The position numbers and the translations under genes are program-made. Source: Bacteroidota bacterium (GTDB lineage Bacteria; Bacteroidota; Bacteroidia; AKYH767-A; 2013-40CM-41-45). From it: a stretch of 64,000 nucleotides of DNA. Each line of letters begins with the position of its first letter. Position 1 is the stretch's first letter. The notes below the pieces were generated by a model. It ran no database searches. It saw only the letters and a program-made list of their open reading frames with translations, and was not told the origin of the DNA. The stretch is taken from contig JADKIH010000002.1 in NCBI GenBank assembly GCA_016721305.1, positions 1,828-65,827 of the forward strand, read 5' to 3'. Of this stretch, positions 52,720 to 63,756 are shown piece by piece.

Positions 52720-54664
52720 ATGAAAAAAGGATTACTCATCTGCTTATCGGTGGCTGTAAGTTTGTGCTCGTCTTCCTCACGGTTTTCGTAAAGCTGAAGT
52801 TCCGGCCGCTTTAAAGAGCCGTACAATCAAAGTACCGTTCAGAACTGCCAATATGGATAATGGCGTTCCGACGAACAATCTCGCGAGCCGCACTTACGTT
52901 GCTCCGCAAAGAACTGCAACATTATCAACAGGTCTGATCGATGAGTATTTGGTTGGTTATTCTTTCTATGATCTTCAAACAAATGCTTCTATCAGCAACC
53001 GCTTAGTTGTTAATGATGACAATTCAATCGCAGCTGCTTGGACATTCTCTCCAAATGCAACTACGAACTTCCCTGATCGTGGAACGGGTTACAACTATTC
53101 ATCTGATGGCGGAACAACTTGGTTATTCCCAACAGTGATTGGTGTTTCTCAAGGACCTTCAACTCGTACTGAATCTGTACGTACAGGTTTCACGAACATC
53201 GTTAACTGTACAGGTGGTTCAGAAATGAGCATCCAACACACAGGTACTGCAATGTCTTTAAACTACCGTCCTGCAAAAGGTACTGGTGCTTGGACAATTA
53301 GCTACCCATGGGGAACTGCAAACAACGACACTTGGCCAAAAGCAATTGCATCAGGCGATAACGTTTATGCAATCTGGCAAGGTAGCGGTACTACAGGTAC
53401 TCCAACATTAGGACAAGATGGTCCAATGTTCCTTTCCATCTCTAACGATGGTGGTGTTACTTGGAGCACAAAATCTGTGATCTCTTTGATCGACTCTACT
53501 CACTACCTCGGTTTCGGTGGTGATGATTACTCAATCGATGTAAAAGGTAACACTGTTGCAATCGTAGTTGGTAATCAATTGTCTGACATCGTTCTCCTCA
53601 AATCTACAGATGCAGGTGCAACTTGGGCTTCAACAGTTATCTATCAGCACCCAATCCCAATGTACGATTTGAACACAATGATCTCTGATACAAATGCTGA
53701 TGGAATCTTTGATACTTTGATGTCAACTTCAGGTGATGCAGCTGTATTGATCGACGATAACGATCTGTGCCATGTTTGGATGTCAGATTTCCGTTGGTAC
53801 TGCGACTTGTCAACTGTAGGAAGCTACAACTACTTCCCTTCAACTGACGGTCTTGAATACTGGAATGAAAATATGGCAACAGGCGCTTATGTATTGATCG
53901 CTGCTGCTGAAGATTTAAATGGTAATGGCGTACTTGACGCACCGGGCGACGAAACTTGCTCTGGCGTAGGTTTAGCATGGGGTAACTACCGTGGAGGTAT
54001 TACCGGAATGCCATCTGCCGGTATCGATATGAGTAATGGAAGAATGTATGTTTCTTACCAAACAATCGATGAATTAGCTGATACAGCACTTTATCACCAA
54101 GCTCACCGTCACGTTTACATGATCGCTTCTGATGATCATGGTTTAACTTGGAGTTCTCCTGTCGACATCGTTCCAACTATCGCTGATGGTGGTGATGGTG
54201 AAAACCAGGAAGCTGTTTTCGCTGCAATGGCAAAACGCGTTGTAAACAACACTGCTTACGTACTCTACCAACGTGACCCATACCCTGGACACGCATTGGC
54301 TGCTGCAGGTACTTGTGACCTTGCAAACAACCTTGGTAACTCATCTGATCTCGTGTTCGCACGTTTAGATGCAGCTATCGTTTCAACAGGTAATCTTGAC
54401 AACAACAATTTGTTCGTTTCTCAAAACTACCCTAACCCTGCTTCAGCAAGTACAAGCATTAAAGTTACTTTGAAGAAATCAGCTGATGTAACAATCACTG
54501 TATCTGACATCATCGGTCAGGTTGTTTTCTCTCAAACACAAAACAACGTTAATGCAGGTACTCAAGTTATCAATCTGAATACTGCTAACTGGCATTCAGG
54601 TGTGTACACTTACACAGTAACTTCAGGTGACCAAAAAACTTCTCGTCAGATGATCGTTCAATAA
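52720..54664 (+). CDS. Secreted BNR/Asp-box repeat (sialidase-fold) protein with a T9SS C-terminal sorting domain. The signal peptide is in a different frame
   Basis: Asp-boxes SNDGGVTWS, STDAGATWA and SDDHGLTWS. C-terminus NYPNPASASTSIKVTL...GVYTYTVTSGDQKTSRQMIVQ. Signal MKKGLLICLSVAVSLCSSSS (ATG 52720) is joined to the main frame by a 1-nt change in T4 at 52783-52786. Confidence 0.65.
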
Positions 54665-54683
54665 TTCGCGAACTGACTGAAAA

Positions 54684-54719
54684 TAAAAAAACCTCTCACA
54701 TTGTGAGAGGTTTTTTTTT
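54684..54719. terminator. Bidirectional Rho-independent terminator
   Basis: A7-cctctcacattgtgagagg-T9 lies between the convergent BNR gene and the deacetylase gene. Confidence 0.7.
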
Positions 54720-54735
54720 GCCTATTAAAAAGTGA

Positions 54736-55431
54736 TTAGTGGAGATTGTATCGCTCCACAGTGAAACCTTCTGCATATTTGAATCCGGCCGGTCGGCCCA
54801 TTTCTGCGCTTCTACCTGCTAAAAATTCGAGACCCTCTTTCGTTGAAATAGCCGTCTGAGGGCCTTTGGCTCCAGGCTGATAAAACTGAGTCTTGTAAGC
54901 CTGAATAGCATCCATTTTCTGATCCCAATGCAGCGAGATGTCGACAACTACGTCGGGCTTCAGGAATCGATCCTGAATGTAGTGGTAAACAGATTTTACC
55001 TTCCAAGCCTTTTGATCCTGCTCTTCAAATGAGGTTTCTACTTTCGGCAGCCCGGCAAGGAAGACAGAATTACTAACAAGTCCCGATGCTCTTCCATGGT
55101 CGGGATGACGATCTGATTCGGCATTACAAAGGATGATCTCAGGCTGATATTTGCGGATCATCTTTACAATCTCCAGCTGATGCTCCTTGTCGTTGGTGAA
55201 AAAGCCATCGTCCATGCCCAGATTTTCACGAACCGAAATACCCATTATCTGAGCCGCTGCCGCAGCTTCGCGGTCACGGGTATCCGCATCGCCTCGCGTA
55301 CCCAATTCGCCTCGTGTAAGGTCCACAATTCCGCATTTATAGCCATGATTGATATGTGATATCAATACACCGGCAGCACTCAGTTCTACATCGTCGGGAT
55401 GGGCCCCGAAGGCCAGGATGTCCAATTTCAT
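54736..55431 (-). CDS. bshB1: PIG-L/LmbE-family N-acetylglucosaminyl deacetylase (bacillithiol biosynthesis BshB1-like)
   Basis: ILAFGAHPDDVELSAAG (the family's metal-binding HPDD motif). Start is the internal ATG at 55431. Confidence 0.65.
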   Translation of the reverse strand: MKLDILAFGAHPDDVELSAAGVLISHINHGYKCGIVDLTRGELGTRGDADTRDREAAAAAQIMGISVRENLGMDDGFFTNDKEHQLEIVKMIRKYQPEIILCNAESDRHPDHGRASGLVSNSVFLAGLPKVETSFEEQDQKAWKVKSVYHYIQDRFLKPDVVVDISLHWDQKMDAIQAYKTQFYQPGAKGPQTAISTKEGLEFLAGRSAEMGRPAGFKYAEGFTVERYNLH

Positions 55432-55533
55432 TTGATCGTATTTGATTAAAAACGATATTCGCTTAGAATTTCGGGGCAAAAGTAAGAAAGAATCCCTAAG
55501 GCCTTACTCTCCGTTCGTGATTATACCCGGCTT

Positions 55534-56932
55534 ATGAACATATCCTTCCATGGTGCTGCCCGAACAGTTACAGGTAGCAAACATCTTTTAACCCTAGATT
55601 CGGGAATAAAAATCCTTCTCGATTGTGGCATGTTTCAGGGTTTGGGAAAAGATACCGACCCGCTTAACCGGCATTTGGGTTTTAATCCGGCCGAAGTAGA
55701 TTACCTCATTCTCTCTCACGCTCACATCGACCACTCCGGAAATATCCCTTATTTAGTCAAACAAGGTTTTGAAGGAAAAATTATCTGCACGGCGGCAACA
55801 CGTGACCTGGCAGCTATTATGCTGGCCGATACTGCTCATATTCAAGAATACGATATTCAATACATCAATAAGAGAAAAGCCAGAAAAGGCGAAGCTCCTA
55901 TTGAAGTCCTGTATACCATGGAGGATGTTGATGACGCGCTGAAGCTCTTCTATGGGATCCCTTACCAGAAAGACTTCGAAATTTGTCCGGGGGTAACGGT
56001 CAGATTTACCGATACAGGCCACATTCTTGGTTCTGCAGCAGTAAATTTAAAAATCACAGAAGGCTCTAAAGAAACTCGTATCACATTTACCGGCGATATT
56101 GGCAGGCCGGGGGATAAAATTCTAAAAGTACCTGAATCTTTTCCGCAAGCCGACTACATTATTTGCGAAAGCACCTATGGCAATCGTCTGCATGAATCTT
56201 CAGAAAAGACCGAACAACACTTACTCCAGGTTGTCAGGGAAACATGTGTGGAGAAAAAAGGCAAACTAATCATTCCTGCCTTTAGCCTGGGAAGAACTCA
56301 GGAAGTCGTTTATGTTTTGAATAATCTTCGAAATGCCGGCTTACTTCCCAATATACCGGTATATGTCGATAGCCCTCTCTCGGTGAATGCAACGTCCATT
56401 ATGCGAGCACATCCTGAATGTTTTAATGGAGGCATTCTTCAATCGTTACGCAACGACCCCGATCCTTTTGGTTTTGATACGCTTCATTACATTCAGAAGG
56501 CAGAGGATTCGATTGCATTGAATGAAAGAACTGAACCAATGATTATCATATCCGCCTCAGGCATGGCCGAGGCCGGACGAATCAAGCATCACCTTAAAAA
56601 CAGCATCAGCAAAAAACAAAATACCATTCTGATGGTTGGGTATTGTACTCCGGAAAGCTTAGGAGGTCGTATTGCCAGAGGTGAAACTGAAGTCCGTATC
56701 TTCGGCAAAGAGTACAAAGTGATTGCCGATGTTGAAGTCATGAACAGCTACAGCGCGCACGGCGATTACAAAGAAATGCTTGATTTCCTGTCTTGCCAAA
56801 ATCCGAAGAAAGAAAAAACTATTTTTAGTTCACGGAGAATATGATGTGCAAATTGAATGGGCCGAAAAATTAAAAGAAGCCGGATTCTCGAATATTGAAA
56901 TTCCTGACTTACACTCAACTGCTGAACTTTAA
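55534..56932 (+). CDS. MBL-fold beta-CASP metallo-hydrolase (RNA-metabolising type), with one indel in the A5 run at 56813-56817
   Basis: HAHIDHSG motif, beta-CASP motifs and an RNA-specificity C-terminal domain. Shifting one frame restores ...QNPKK(E)KLFLVHGEYDVQIEWAEKLKEAGFSNIEIPDLHSTAEL*. Confidence 0.7.
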
Positions 56933-56938
56933 TCTGAA

Positions 56939-57592
56939 ATGAGCGAAATTACCTTTCTGATAAAAAAAGAAATTCTGCTTGAGTGGAAACAGAAGTATGC
57001 TTTCAATGGCTTGCTACTCTATGTAATTTCCACCGTTTTTGTTTGCTACTTATCTTTCAAACAAATTGTTGATCTCCCGACTTGGAATGCTCTTTTCTGG
57101 ATTATCCAACTCTTTGCAGGAGTAAACGCCATCGCTAAGAGCTTTCTCCAGGAGAGCCGTGGACGAATGCTTTACTACTACACAATTGCCGACCCTAGAA
57201 GTTTCATCCTTTCCCGAATCATCTACAACTTTATGCTCATGATGGTGATCTCGGGATTCAACCTCCTATTCTACTCTCTCTTTATTGGTAATCCTGTACA
57301 AGATATGCCAATGTTTATTCTGGCGATGGTTCTAGGCAGCACCGGATTCTCTGCCGTACTTTCCATGGTTTCCGCAATTGCTGCCAAAGCAGGAAACAAT
57401 TTTACGCTCATGTCTATTTTGAGCTTTCCGATTCTACTTCCACTGCTCATGGTAACTATTCGATTCTCCAAAAATGCCTTGGACGGACTTGCTTTCTCAG
57501 TATCGCAATCGCTTGTGATCATGCTTCTTGGCTTCATCGCGATGATCGTAGCAATGGCTTACATGTTATTCCCTTATCTTTGGAGAGAATAA
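56939..57592 (+). CDS. ccmB: Haem exporter permease CcmB
   Basis: 6-TM CcmB-like protein, first gene of the ccm cluster. Confidence 0.75.
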   Translation: MSEITFLIKKEILLEWKQKYAFNGLLLYVISTVFVCYLSFKQIVDLPTWNALFWIIQLFAGVNAIAKSFLQESRGRMLYYYTIADPRSFILSRIIYNFMLMMVISGFNLLFYSLFIGNPVQDMPMFILAMVLGSTGFSAVLSMVSAIAAKAGNNFTLMSILSFPILLPLLMVTIRFSKNALDGLAFSVSQSLVIMLLGFIAMIVAMAYMLFPYLWRE

Positions 57593-58311
57593 TCAGACAA
57601 TTCGTATTATTGCCAGCTGAATTCATGAAAAAAGAAAACTCTTCTCTTCCTTTAGGCCTTCAATGGTGGAAATGGCTGTCGATTGCCCTGCTGTTCTATA
57701 CCGTCATCATGGGATTTCTGGTGGAAGTTCCCAGATTGCCGATTTTGCATGAAACTATACGCAATCTCTTCTTCCACGTCACCATGTGGTTTGCTATGAT
57801 CATATTGATGATGGCTTCGCTTGTATACGGAATACGCTACCTATCGACGAATAACATCGACTTCGATCGCAAAGCATCTGAGACAGCACTGGTTGGAATC
57901 TTTCTTGGGATACTCGGGCTTATTACCGGCAGTATTTGGGCAAAGAATACATGGGGCGCATGGTGGGTGAATGATGCTAAACTAAACGGCGCTGCTGCTA
58001 CAATGCTCGTTTACTTTGCTTATATGATTTTGCGAGGTTCTATGGACGATGAACATCGTCGTGCACGAATTGCAGCGGTGTACAGCATTTTTGCTTTTAC
58101 TCTTATGCTCGTATTCATTATGATTCTACCGCGACTGACTGATTCTTTACATCCGGGCAACGGCGGAAATCCGGGCTTCGGAAAATACGATCTCGACAAC
58201 CATATGCGATTGGTTTTTTATCCGGCCGTTATCGGCTGGACTTTACTGTCCGTCTGGATTGCTGAAATCAGAATTAGAATTAAACGCTTAAAAGACGAAC
58301 AAGAGTCATAA
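57580..58311 (+). CDS. ccmC: Haem exporter CcmC (WWD-domain haem handling protein)
   Basis: WWD motif WGAWWVNDAKL and conserved His residues. It overlaps ccmB by 13 nt. Confidence 0.85.
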   Translation: MERIIRQFVLLPAEFMKKENSSLPLGLQWWKWLSIALLFYTVIMGFLVEVPRLPILHETIRNLFFHVTMWFAMIILMMASLVYGIRYLSTNNIDFDRKASETALVGIFLGILGLITGSIWAKNTWGAWWVNDAKLNGAAATMLVYFAYMILRGSMDDEHRRARIAAVYSIFAFTLMLVFIMILPRLTDSLHPGNGGNPGFGKYDLDNHMRLVFYPAVIGWTLLSVWIAEIRIRIKRLKDEQES

Positions 58312-58325
58312 TCAAATTCAAAAAG

Positions 58326-58544
58326 ATGAAACGACTTAATTACCTACTTTCCTTCCTATTCGTCCTGACTCCTTTCTTAGGATTTGGCCAAAATTCCGAT
58401 GTAGAAATGGCTGATGTGATGCAAGCTAACGGCAAAATCTATGTGGTTATTGCCGTTTTAGGTGTTGTTTTAGCCGGCATTCTCATCTATTTGATTTCGA
58501 TCGACCGGAAGGTGAAAGATCTGGAAAACAAAAGAAAAAGTTAA
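58326..58544 (+). CDS. CcmD-like small single-TM protein
   Basis: 72 aa with a TM segment IYVVIAVLGVVLAGILIYLI. Position between ccmC and ccmE. Confidence 0.45.
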   Translation: MKRLNYLLSFLFVLTPFLGFGQNSDVEMADVMQANGKIYVVIAVLGVVLAGILIYLISIDRKVKDLENKRKS

Positions 58545-58637
58545 GATGCTTCATGGAAGCCTTTCCGGCGCCCTTATTCAGTTTTCCTACTAATTTTAAT
58601 CTTACCTTTGGCATCATATTAAAGGCAGGAAATTTTC

Positions 58638-59042
58638 ATGAAAAAGACGCATATTGTCGCTATCATTATTATAGCAATCGCCATCGGTGCGATCATCAGC
58701 ACGCTGGCAGATTCCAGCACTTACGCCACATTCAGTGTAGCTGCTGAAAATCCTACTCACACCTATCATGTTGTCGGAAAATTAAACAAGGAAAAACCAC
58801 AGGATTATAACCCTGCTGTGAACGCCGACTTATTTTCATTTTATTTAATCGACAACTCAGGCGAAGAACATCAGGTTCATTTGCAAAAAGCCAAACCACA
58901 AGACTTCGACAAATCTGAACAAATTGTTGTTGTCGGAAAAATGAAAGACGGAAGTTTTGAAGCTGCCGACATTTTAATGAAATGCCCTTCGAAGTATAAC
59001 AACCCGAAGGATGATATGAAGGCTGTAACTTCACAACGATAA
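58638..59042 (+). CDS. ccmE: Cytochrome c-type biogenesis haem chaperone CcmE
   Basis: N-terminal TM anchor then OB-fold (FSVAAENPTHTYHVVGKL...HQVHL...VVVGKMKDGSFEAADILMKCPSKY). Confidence 0.75.
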   Translation: MKKTHIVAIIIIAIAIGAIISTLADSSTYATFSVAAENPTHTYHVVGKLNKEKPQDYNPAVNADLFSFYLIDNSGEEHQVHLQKAKPQDFDKSEQIVVVGKMKDGSFEAADILMKCPSKYNNPKDDMKAVTSQR

Positions 59043-59059
59043 GAATCCGATTTTAACTG

Positions 59060-61478
59060 ATGGATACAAACTATATTGGCGAGCACCTTTTCTGGGGAAA
59101 AATTGGAAATCTGCTTGTCATCCTTGCCGGAACTGCGGCGTTGCTCTCAACAATTTCTTACTACTTCGCTCTTCGCAAAAATGATTCCGCCTGGAAGAAA
59201 CTGGCTCGACAGGCATTTGCCATTGAGACATTTTCCGTCCTGGGAATTTTCGGAATTCTATTTTATCTGATTTTCAATCAACGCTTCGAATACTTCTACG
59301 TATGGGAACACAGTAATTCTGTGATGCCTTTACGTTACATCCTCTCCTGTTTCTGGGAAGGACAGGAAGGAAGCTTTCTCCTGTGGATGTTTTGGCATTG
59401 TGTGTTAGGATGGATTCTCATCGCCACTTCGAAAGAATGGGAAAACGGTGTAATGTTCGTGATCTCTCTTGTGCAAGTTTTCCTTGCTTCTATGATTTTC
59501 GGCATTGTCATATTCGGACATAAAATTGGCAGCAATCCATTCATTCTTCTTCGTGAGCATCCGGATTTCGCCAATCTCCCGTTCATCAAGATGCCGGATT
59601 ATCTCAGTAAGATAAAAGATGGCCGTGGTTTGAATCCGTTGCTTCAAAACTACTGGATGACAATTCACCCTCCAACACTTTTCTTAGGCTTCGCATCTAC
59701 TGTCGTACCATTTGCTTTTGCGATCGCAGCTTTGATCCAAAAGAAATATACCGAGTGGATTAAGCCTGCATTACCATGGACGGTATTCGGAGTAATGATT
59801 CTTGGAACCGGTATCCTCATGGGTGCAGCATGGGCATACGAATCACTCAGCTTCGGAGGTTTCTGGGCCTGGGATCCTGTCGAAAATGCTTCGCTTGTTC
59901 CATGGATGACAATGGTGGGCTTGCTGCATGTCATGCTGATTTATCGCTATCGGACACGCTCGTTAATGTCGACGTACATTCTGGACATTGCAACATTCTT
60001 CCTCATACTCTACTCTACGTTTCTTACACGAAGCGGAATCTTGGGCGGTTCTTCCGTTCACGCGTTCACTGATTTAGGCATGTCGGGGCATTTGCTTATT
60101 TACATGTTATTCTTCCTGGTACTCTCTATTGTACTGCTCGTAATAAATCGAAAAGCTCTCAAAGAACATACGGAAGAAGAGCATGTCAGCTCACGCGAAT
60201 TCTGGATGTTTATCGGAATGCTCGTACTTGTAATCGGAAGTCTTCAGATCACTTTTACAACCTCGATTCCTGTATTCAATAAATTATTTGGAAGTAAGCT
60301 TGCTCCACCTGCTGATCCGATCGACCACTACAATCAATGGCAGGTTCCTATTGCTATTCTGGTTTCATTACTCCTGGCAATTGGCCAGTATTTTAAATAC
60401 AAAAAATCTGACTCGAAAGAACTTTGGAAAAAACTGTCGCTTAGCTTAATCATTGCAGCCGTCATTACCGGCTTAAGCGCATTTTACCTTGGTAGTTATC
60501 GTGTACACTACTACTTCCTCTTCTTTGCATCGGTGTTTGCCTTCGTCGCTAATTTCGATTACTTCATCCGTACGCTTAAAGGCAAATTTGAAAACTCAGG
60601 CCCATCGATTGCACACGCCGGGATTGCACTAATATTACTCGGCGCTCTTATCTCAAATTCGAAGAAAGAAGTCATTTCCCGAAATCTGAAAAATATTGAT
60701 CTCGGTAAAGACATGCCCAACAAAGAGAATATAATGATCGAGCAACAAACAGATACGTTGCCGATGGGTTCTTACTTTGTGAGCTACACTAAACGCGAAC
60801 AAAAAGGCGTGAACGTTTATTTCGACATCGATTACTATAAGCAAAACCCAAGCACCGGAAAAAGAACTGGCTTTCCGTCACAACCTCTCGTTCAGTTGAA
60901 CGAACGAATGGGCAATGTTGCTGAACCGGCCACAAAGCACTTCCTTACTCAGGATATCTACACACATCACCTACGCCGAACTTGATAAACGAGGCGAAGG
61001 AAGTGATACATTGTACCAAACCCAAAACAAAATCCTCGCCATCGGCGACACTATTGTAACCAGCAACAGCTTTGTTATAGTTAAAGGTTTGGATAAAGAC
61101 ATCGATCGCGCCAACTACAATCTTAATGATTCAGATTTGGCTGTCGCTGCCATTCTTTCTGTGGAAGATGTAAACAAAAAAATCTATACGGCTAAGCCAC
61201 TTTTCGTAATCAGAAACTTCAGCGTTTTTGTTCAGGAATCTGAAATACCTGAATTGGGATTGAAATTTGTCTTTAGTAAAATTGATCCTGAAACCGGAAA
61301 AATTGAATTGAGCGTGTCTGATAAAAAGTCAAACAAAAAAGATTTCGTCATCATGAAGGCCATCATTTTCCCGGGCATAAACATTCTTTGGATGGGTTGC
61401 TTACTGATGATTATAGGTTCTGTTGTTGCCATTCGAAAACGAGTCAATCAACTTAAGAAGTCAAATACCGCTGCATGA
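59060..61478 (+). CDS. ccmF: Cytochrome c-type biogenesis protein CcmF (haem lyase subunit), with one indel near 60961-60970
   Basis: WWD motif WGGFWAWDPVENASLVPW and >12 TM helices. Frame A ends at DIYTHHLRRT*. Deleting 1 nt restores DIYTHITYAELDKRGEG..., which continues into ORF 60915..61478. Confidence 0.85.
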
Positions 61479-62245
61479 AAATCGTACTGATCGGAGCCGG
61501 AAATCTGGCCGGCCACTTGGGTCCGGCATTAAAAAAGAACGGGCATTCGATTGAAATGGTTTACAGTCGATCCAAAGGTAGTGCAAAAAAACTTGCAGCA
61601 AATCTGAAGTGCGCATTTACTTCTAAAGTCACCGACTTACCTACCGAAGCAGATCTCTATTTGCTTGCTCTACCCGACCATGTAATACCCGGCTTTCTGA
61701 AAGAACTTTCTTTCATCCCGGCATGCATCGCTCATACAAGCGGATCCGTTGAACTTTCGGTTTTTAGAACACGTTTTAAAAACTGTGGTGTGTTTTACCC
61801 ACTCCAAACCTTCAGCAAAAACAGAAAAGTCGATTTCAAAAATATTCCTATTTGTCTGGAAGCAAGTAATCCAAAAACTTTAGCACTACTCAAAAAAGCT
61901 GCGGCTATTTCGAAAAATGTGGTACGGATGAATTCTGCAAAACGAAAAAAAGTGCATCTAACTGCAGTTATCGTAAATAACTTCCCCAATCTGCTCTTCT
62001 CTCTGGCTGACGATCTGCTTAAAGAAGAGAAACTAAATCTGGATCTGCTTCGCCCTTTAATCCTGGAAACTGCACTGAAAGTACAAAACAACCCGCCTTT
62101 TCAAATGCAAACCGGCCCGGCCCGACGTGGTGATGCGGAAACATTGAAAAGCCACAGAAAGCTTCTTTCAGACAATAAAACAGTAAAAGATATTTACAAT
62201 CTACTGAGCAAAACCATTGAAAATAAATACGGGCCATTGCTTTGA
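61475..62245 (+). CDS. Rossmann-fold NAD(P)-binding protein (DUF2520-like)
   Basis: N-terminal MKIVLIGAGNLAGHLG dinucleotide-binding motif. It overlaps the ccmF stop. Confidence 0.55.
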   Translation: MKIVLIGAGNLAGHLGPALKKNGHSIEMVYSRSKGSAKKLAANLKCAFTSKVTDLPTEADLYLLALPDHVIPGFLKELSFIPACIAHTSGSVELSVFRTRFKNCGVFYPLQTFSKNRKVDFKNIPICLEASNPKTLALLKKAAAISKNVVRMNSAKRKKVHLTAVIVNNFPNLLFSLADDLLKEEKLNLDLLRPLILETALKVQNNPPFQMQTGPARRGDAETLKSHRKLLSDNKTVKDIYNLLSKTIENKYGPLL

Positions 62246-62264
62246 TTTTTCTATTATTGTGTAG

Positions 62265-62780
62265 ATGAAAAACTTTAAAGAACGCCTGAAAAATGTCCGC
62301 TGTCTGATTTTCGACGTCGATGGTGTGCTCACGAACGGAACTCTCGTGGTGATGCCCGGTGAACTACACCGGATCATGAATATTCGTGATGGATTTGCTC
62401 TGAAGGAGGCCGTTACAAAGGGCTTACATGTTGCAATTATTTCCGGAGGTAAATCTGAAAGCGTAAGAACGCGTTTGCACAATTTGGGCATTAAAGATAT
62501 CTATCTCGGCATCGAAGATAAAACGGAGCGATACGATGAGTTGAAAATCATGTACGATTTGACAGATGACGAAATCCTATACATGGGCGACGACCTTCCC
62601 GATTATTATGTCATGAAAAGAGCCGGTGTTCCTTGTTGTCCCAACGATGCCGTTCCTGAAATTCGTGAGTTGTCAGTCTATATCAGCCCTGTCAAAGGAG
62701 GCGAAGGCTGTGTTCGTGATGTTGTTGAACAGGTTCTAAAGATACAGGGCAAATGGCCGGTTGGACCGGTTGGCTCCTAA
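62265..62780 (+). CDS. kdsC: 3-deoxy-D-manno-octulosonate 8-phosphate phosphatase (HAD family)
   Basis: LIFDVDGVLTNG (motif I), ISGG (motif II) and MGDDLPD (motif IV). Confidence 0.85.
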   Translation: MKNFKERLKNVRCLIFDVDGVLTNGTLVVMPGELHRIMNIRDGFALKEAVTKGLHVAIISGGKSESVRTRLHNLGIKDIYLGIEDKTERYDELKIMYDLTDDEILYMGDDLPDYYVMKRAGVPCCPNDAVPEIRELSVYISPVKGGEGCVRDVVEQVLKIQGKWPVGPVGS

Positions 62781-63756
62781 TTCGTATGAGTATGCAAGCC
62801 ATCTTCCGACTCATTCGACTTCCCAATCTTTTACTAATCGTTTTTGCGCAGGCAATGGTGAGATATTGCCTTATCCTCCCTGCATTTAACATCTATCAGA
62901 AAGTAACCGGAGAATTTCCGTCGCATCTGTCACCATTCTACTTTTCATTATTGGTTCTTTCTACCATCTTCATTGCGATTGGAGGAAATATCATAAACGA
63001 CTATTTCGACATCTCCATAGATGAAATTAACAAACCCGGGAAAAATATCGTAGGGAAATCAATTTCAGAGAAAGCAGCTCAACAACTCGCTTTTTCATTT
63101 TTTATCATCGGCGTAGCAATCTCTGTGTTCCTTGCCTTCAAAATCCAAAAGCCTGTGATGTGCAGTGTCCAGATTTTATCTGTTATCACTCTTTACATGT
63201 ATTCGTCATTCTACAAGCGTAGATTGCTGATCGGAAATTTCATGATTGCATTTCTCTCGGGACTGAGCTTACTCACCGTTGGCTTATACGAACCGGAATA
63301 TTATGCAAATCTGACTTTCCTTTTCATCTATAGCTTATTTGCCTTCGAAGTCTCCTTGATCAGAGAATTGATCAAAGACGTTGAAGATTTAGACGGCGAT
63401 GAACGTGCACAGTGCAAAACTTTCCCGGTACGTTACGGAATCAATAACAGCAAAAAACTGATCGTACTTTTCATTGTTCTTACGTACGCAACGATAGAAT
63501 GGATTCTCATCACTTATTTTTACAAAAACACTGTCATCAATTTCTGGTATTTATCAGCCTTGTTTTTCATTCCTTTCGCTGCATTATTTTATCTCGTCAT
63601 CACTGCTTCGGAGAAAAAGGACTTCTCTTACGCATCCCTATTTAGCAAAATCATCATGGCTGCCGGCATACTTTCAATGGCGGATTATGGTATTACTTCA
63701 TTCGTTAATGGCAGACAACTCCAGATTCTTTCCAAATTAAAAATCGTTCTTGGCTC
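62753..63756 (+). CDS. UbiA-family membrane prenyltransferase. The 3' boundary with maf is unclear
   Basis: NDYFDISIDEINKPGK is the Asp-rich motif of UbiA prenyltransferases, with multiple TM helices. The same frame runs straight into a Maf N-terminus with no stop, so there is probably a lost stop or indel near 63740-63760. Confidence 0.55.
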
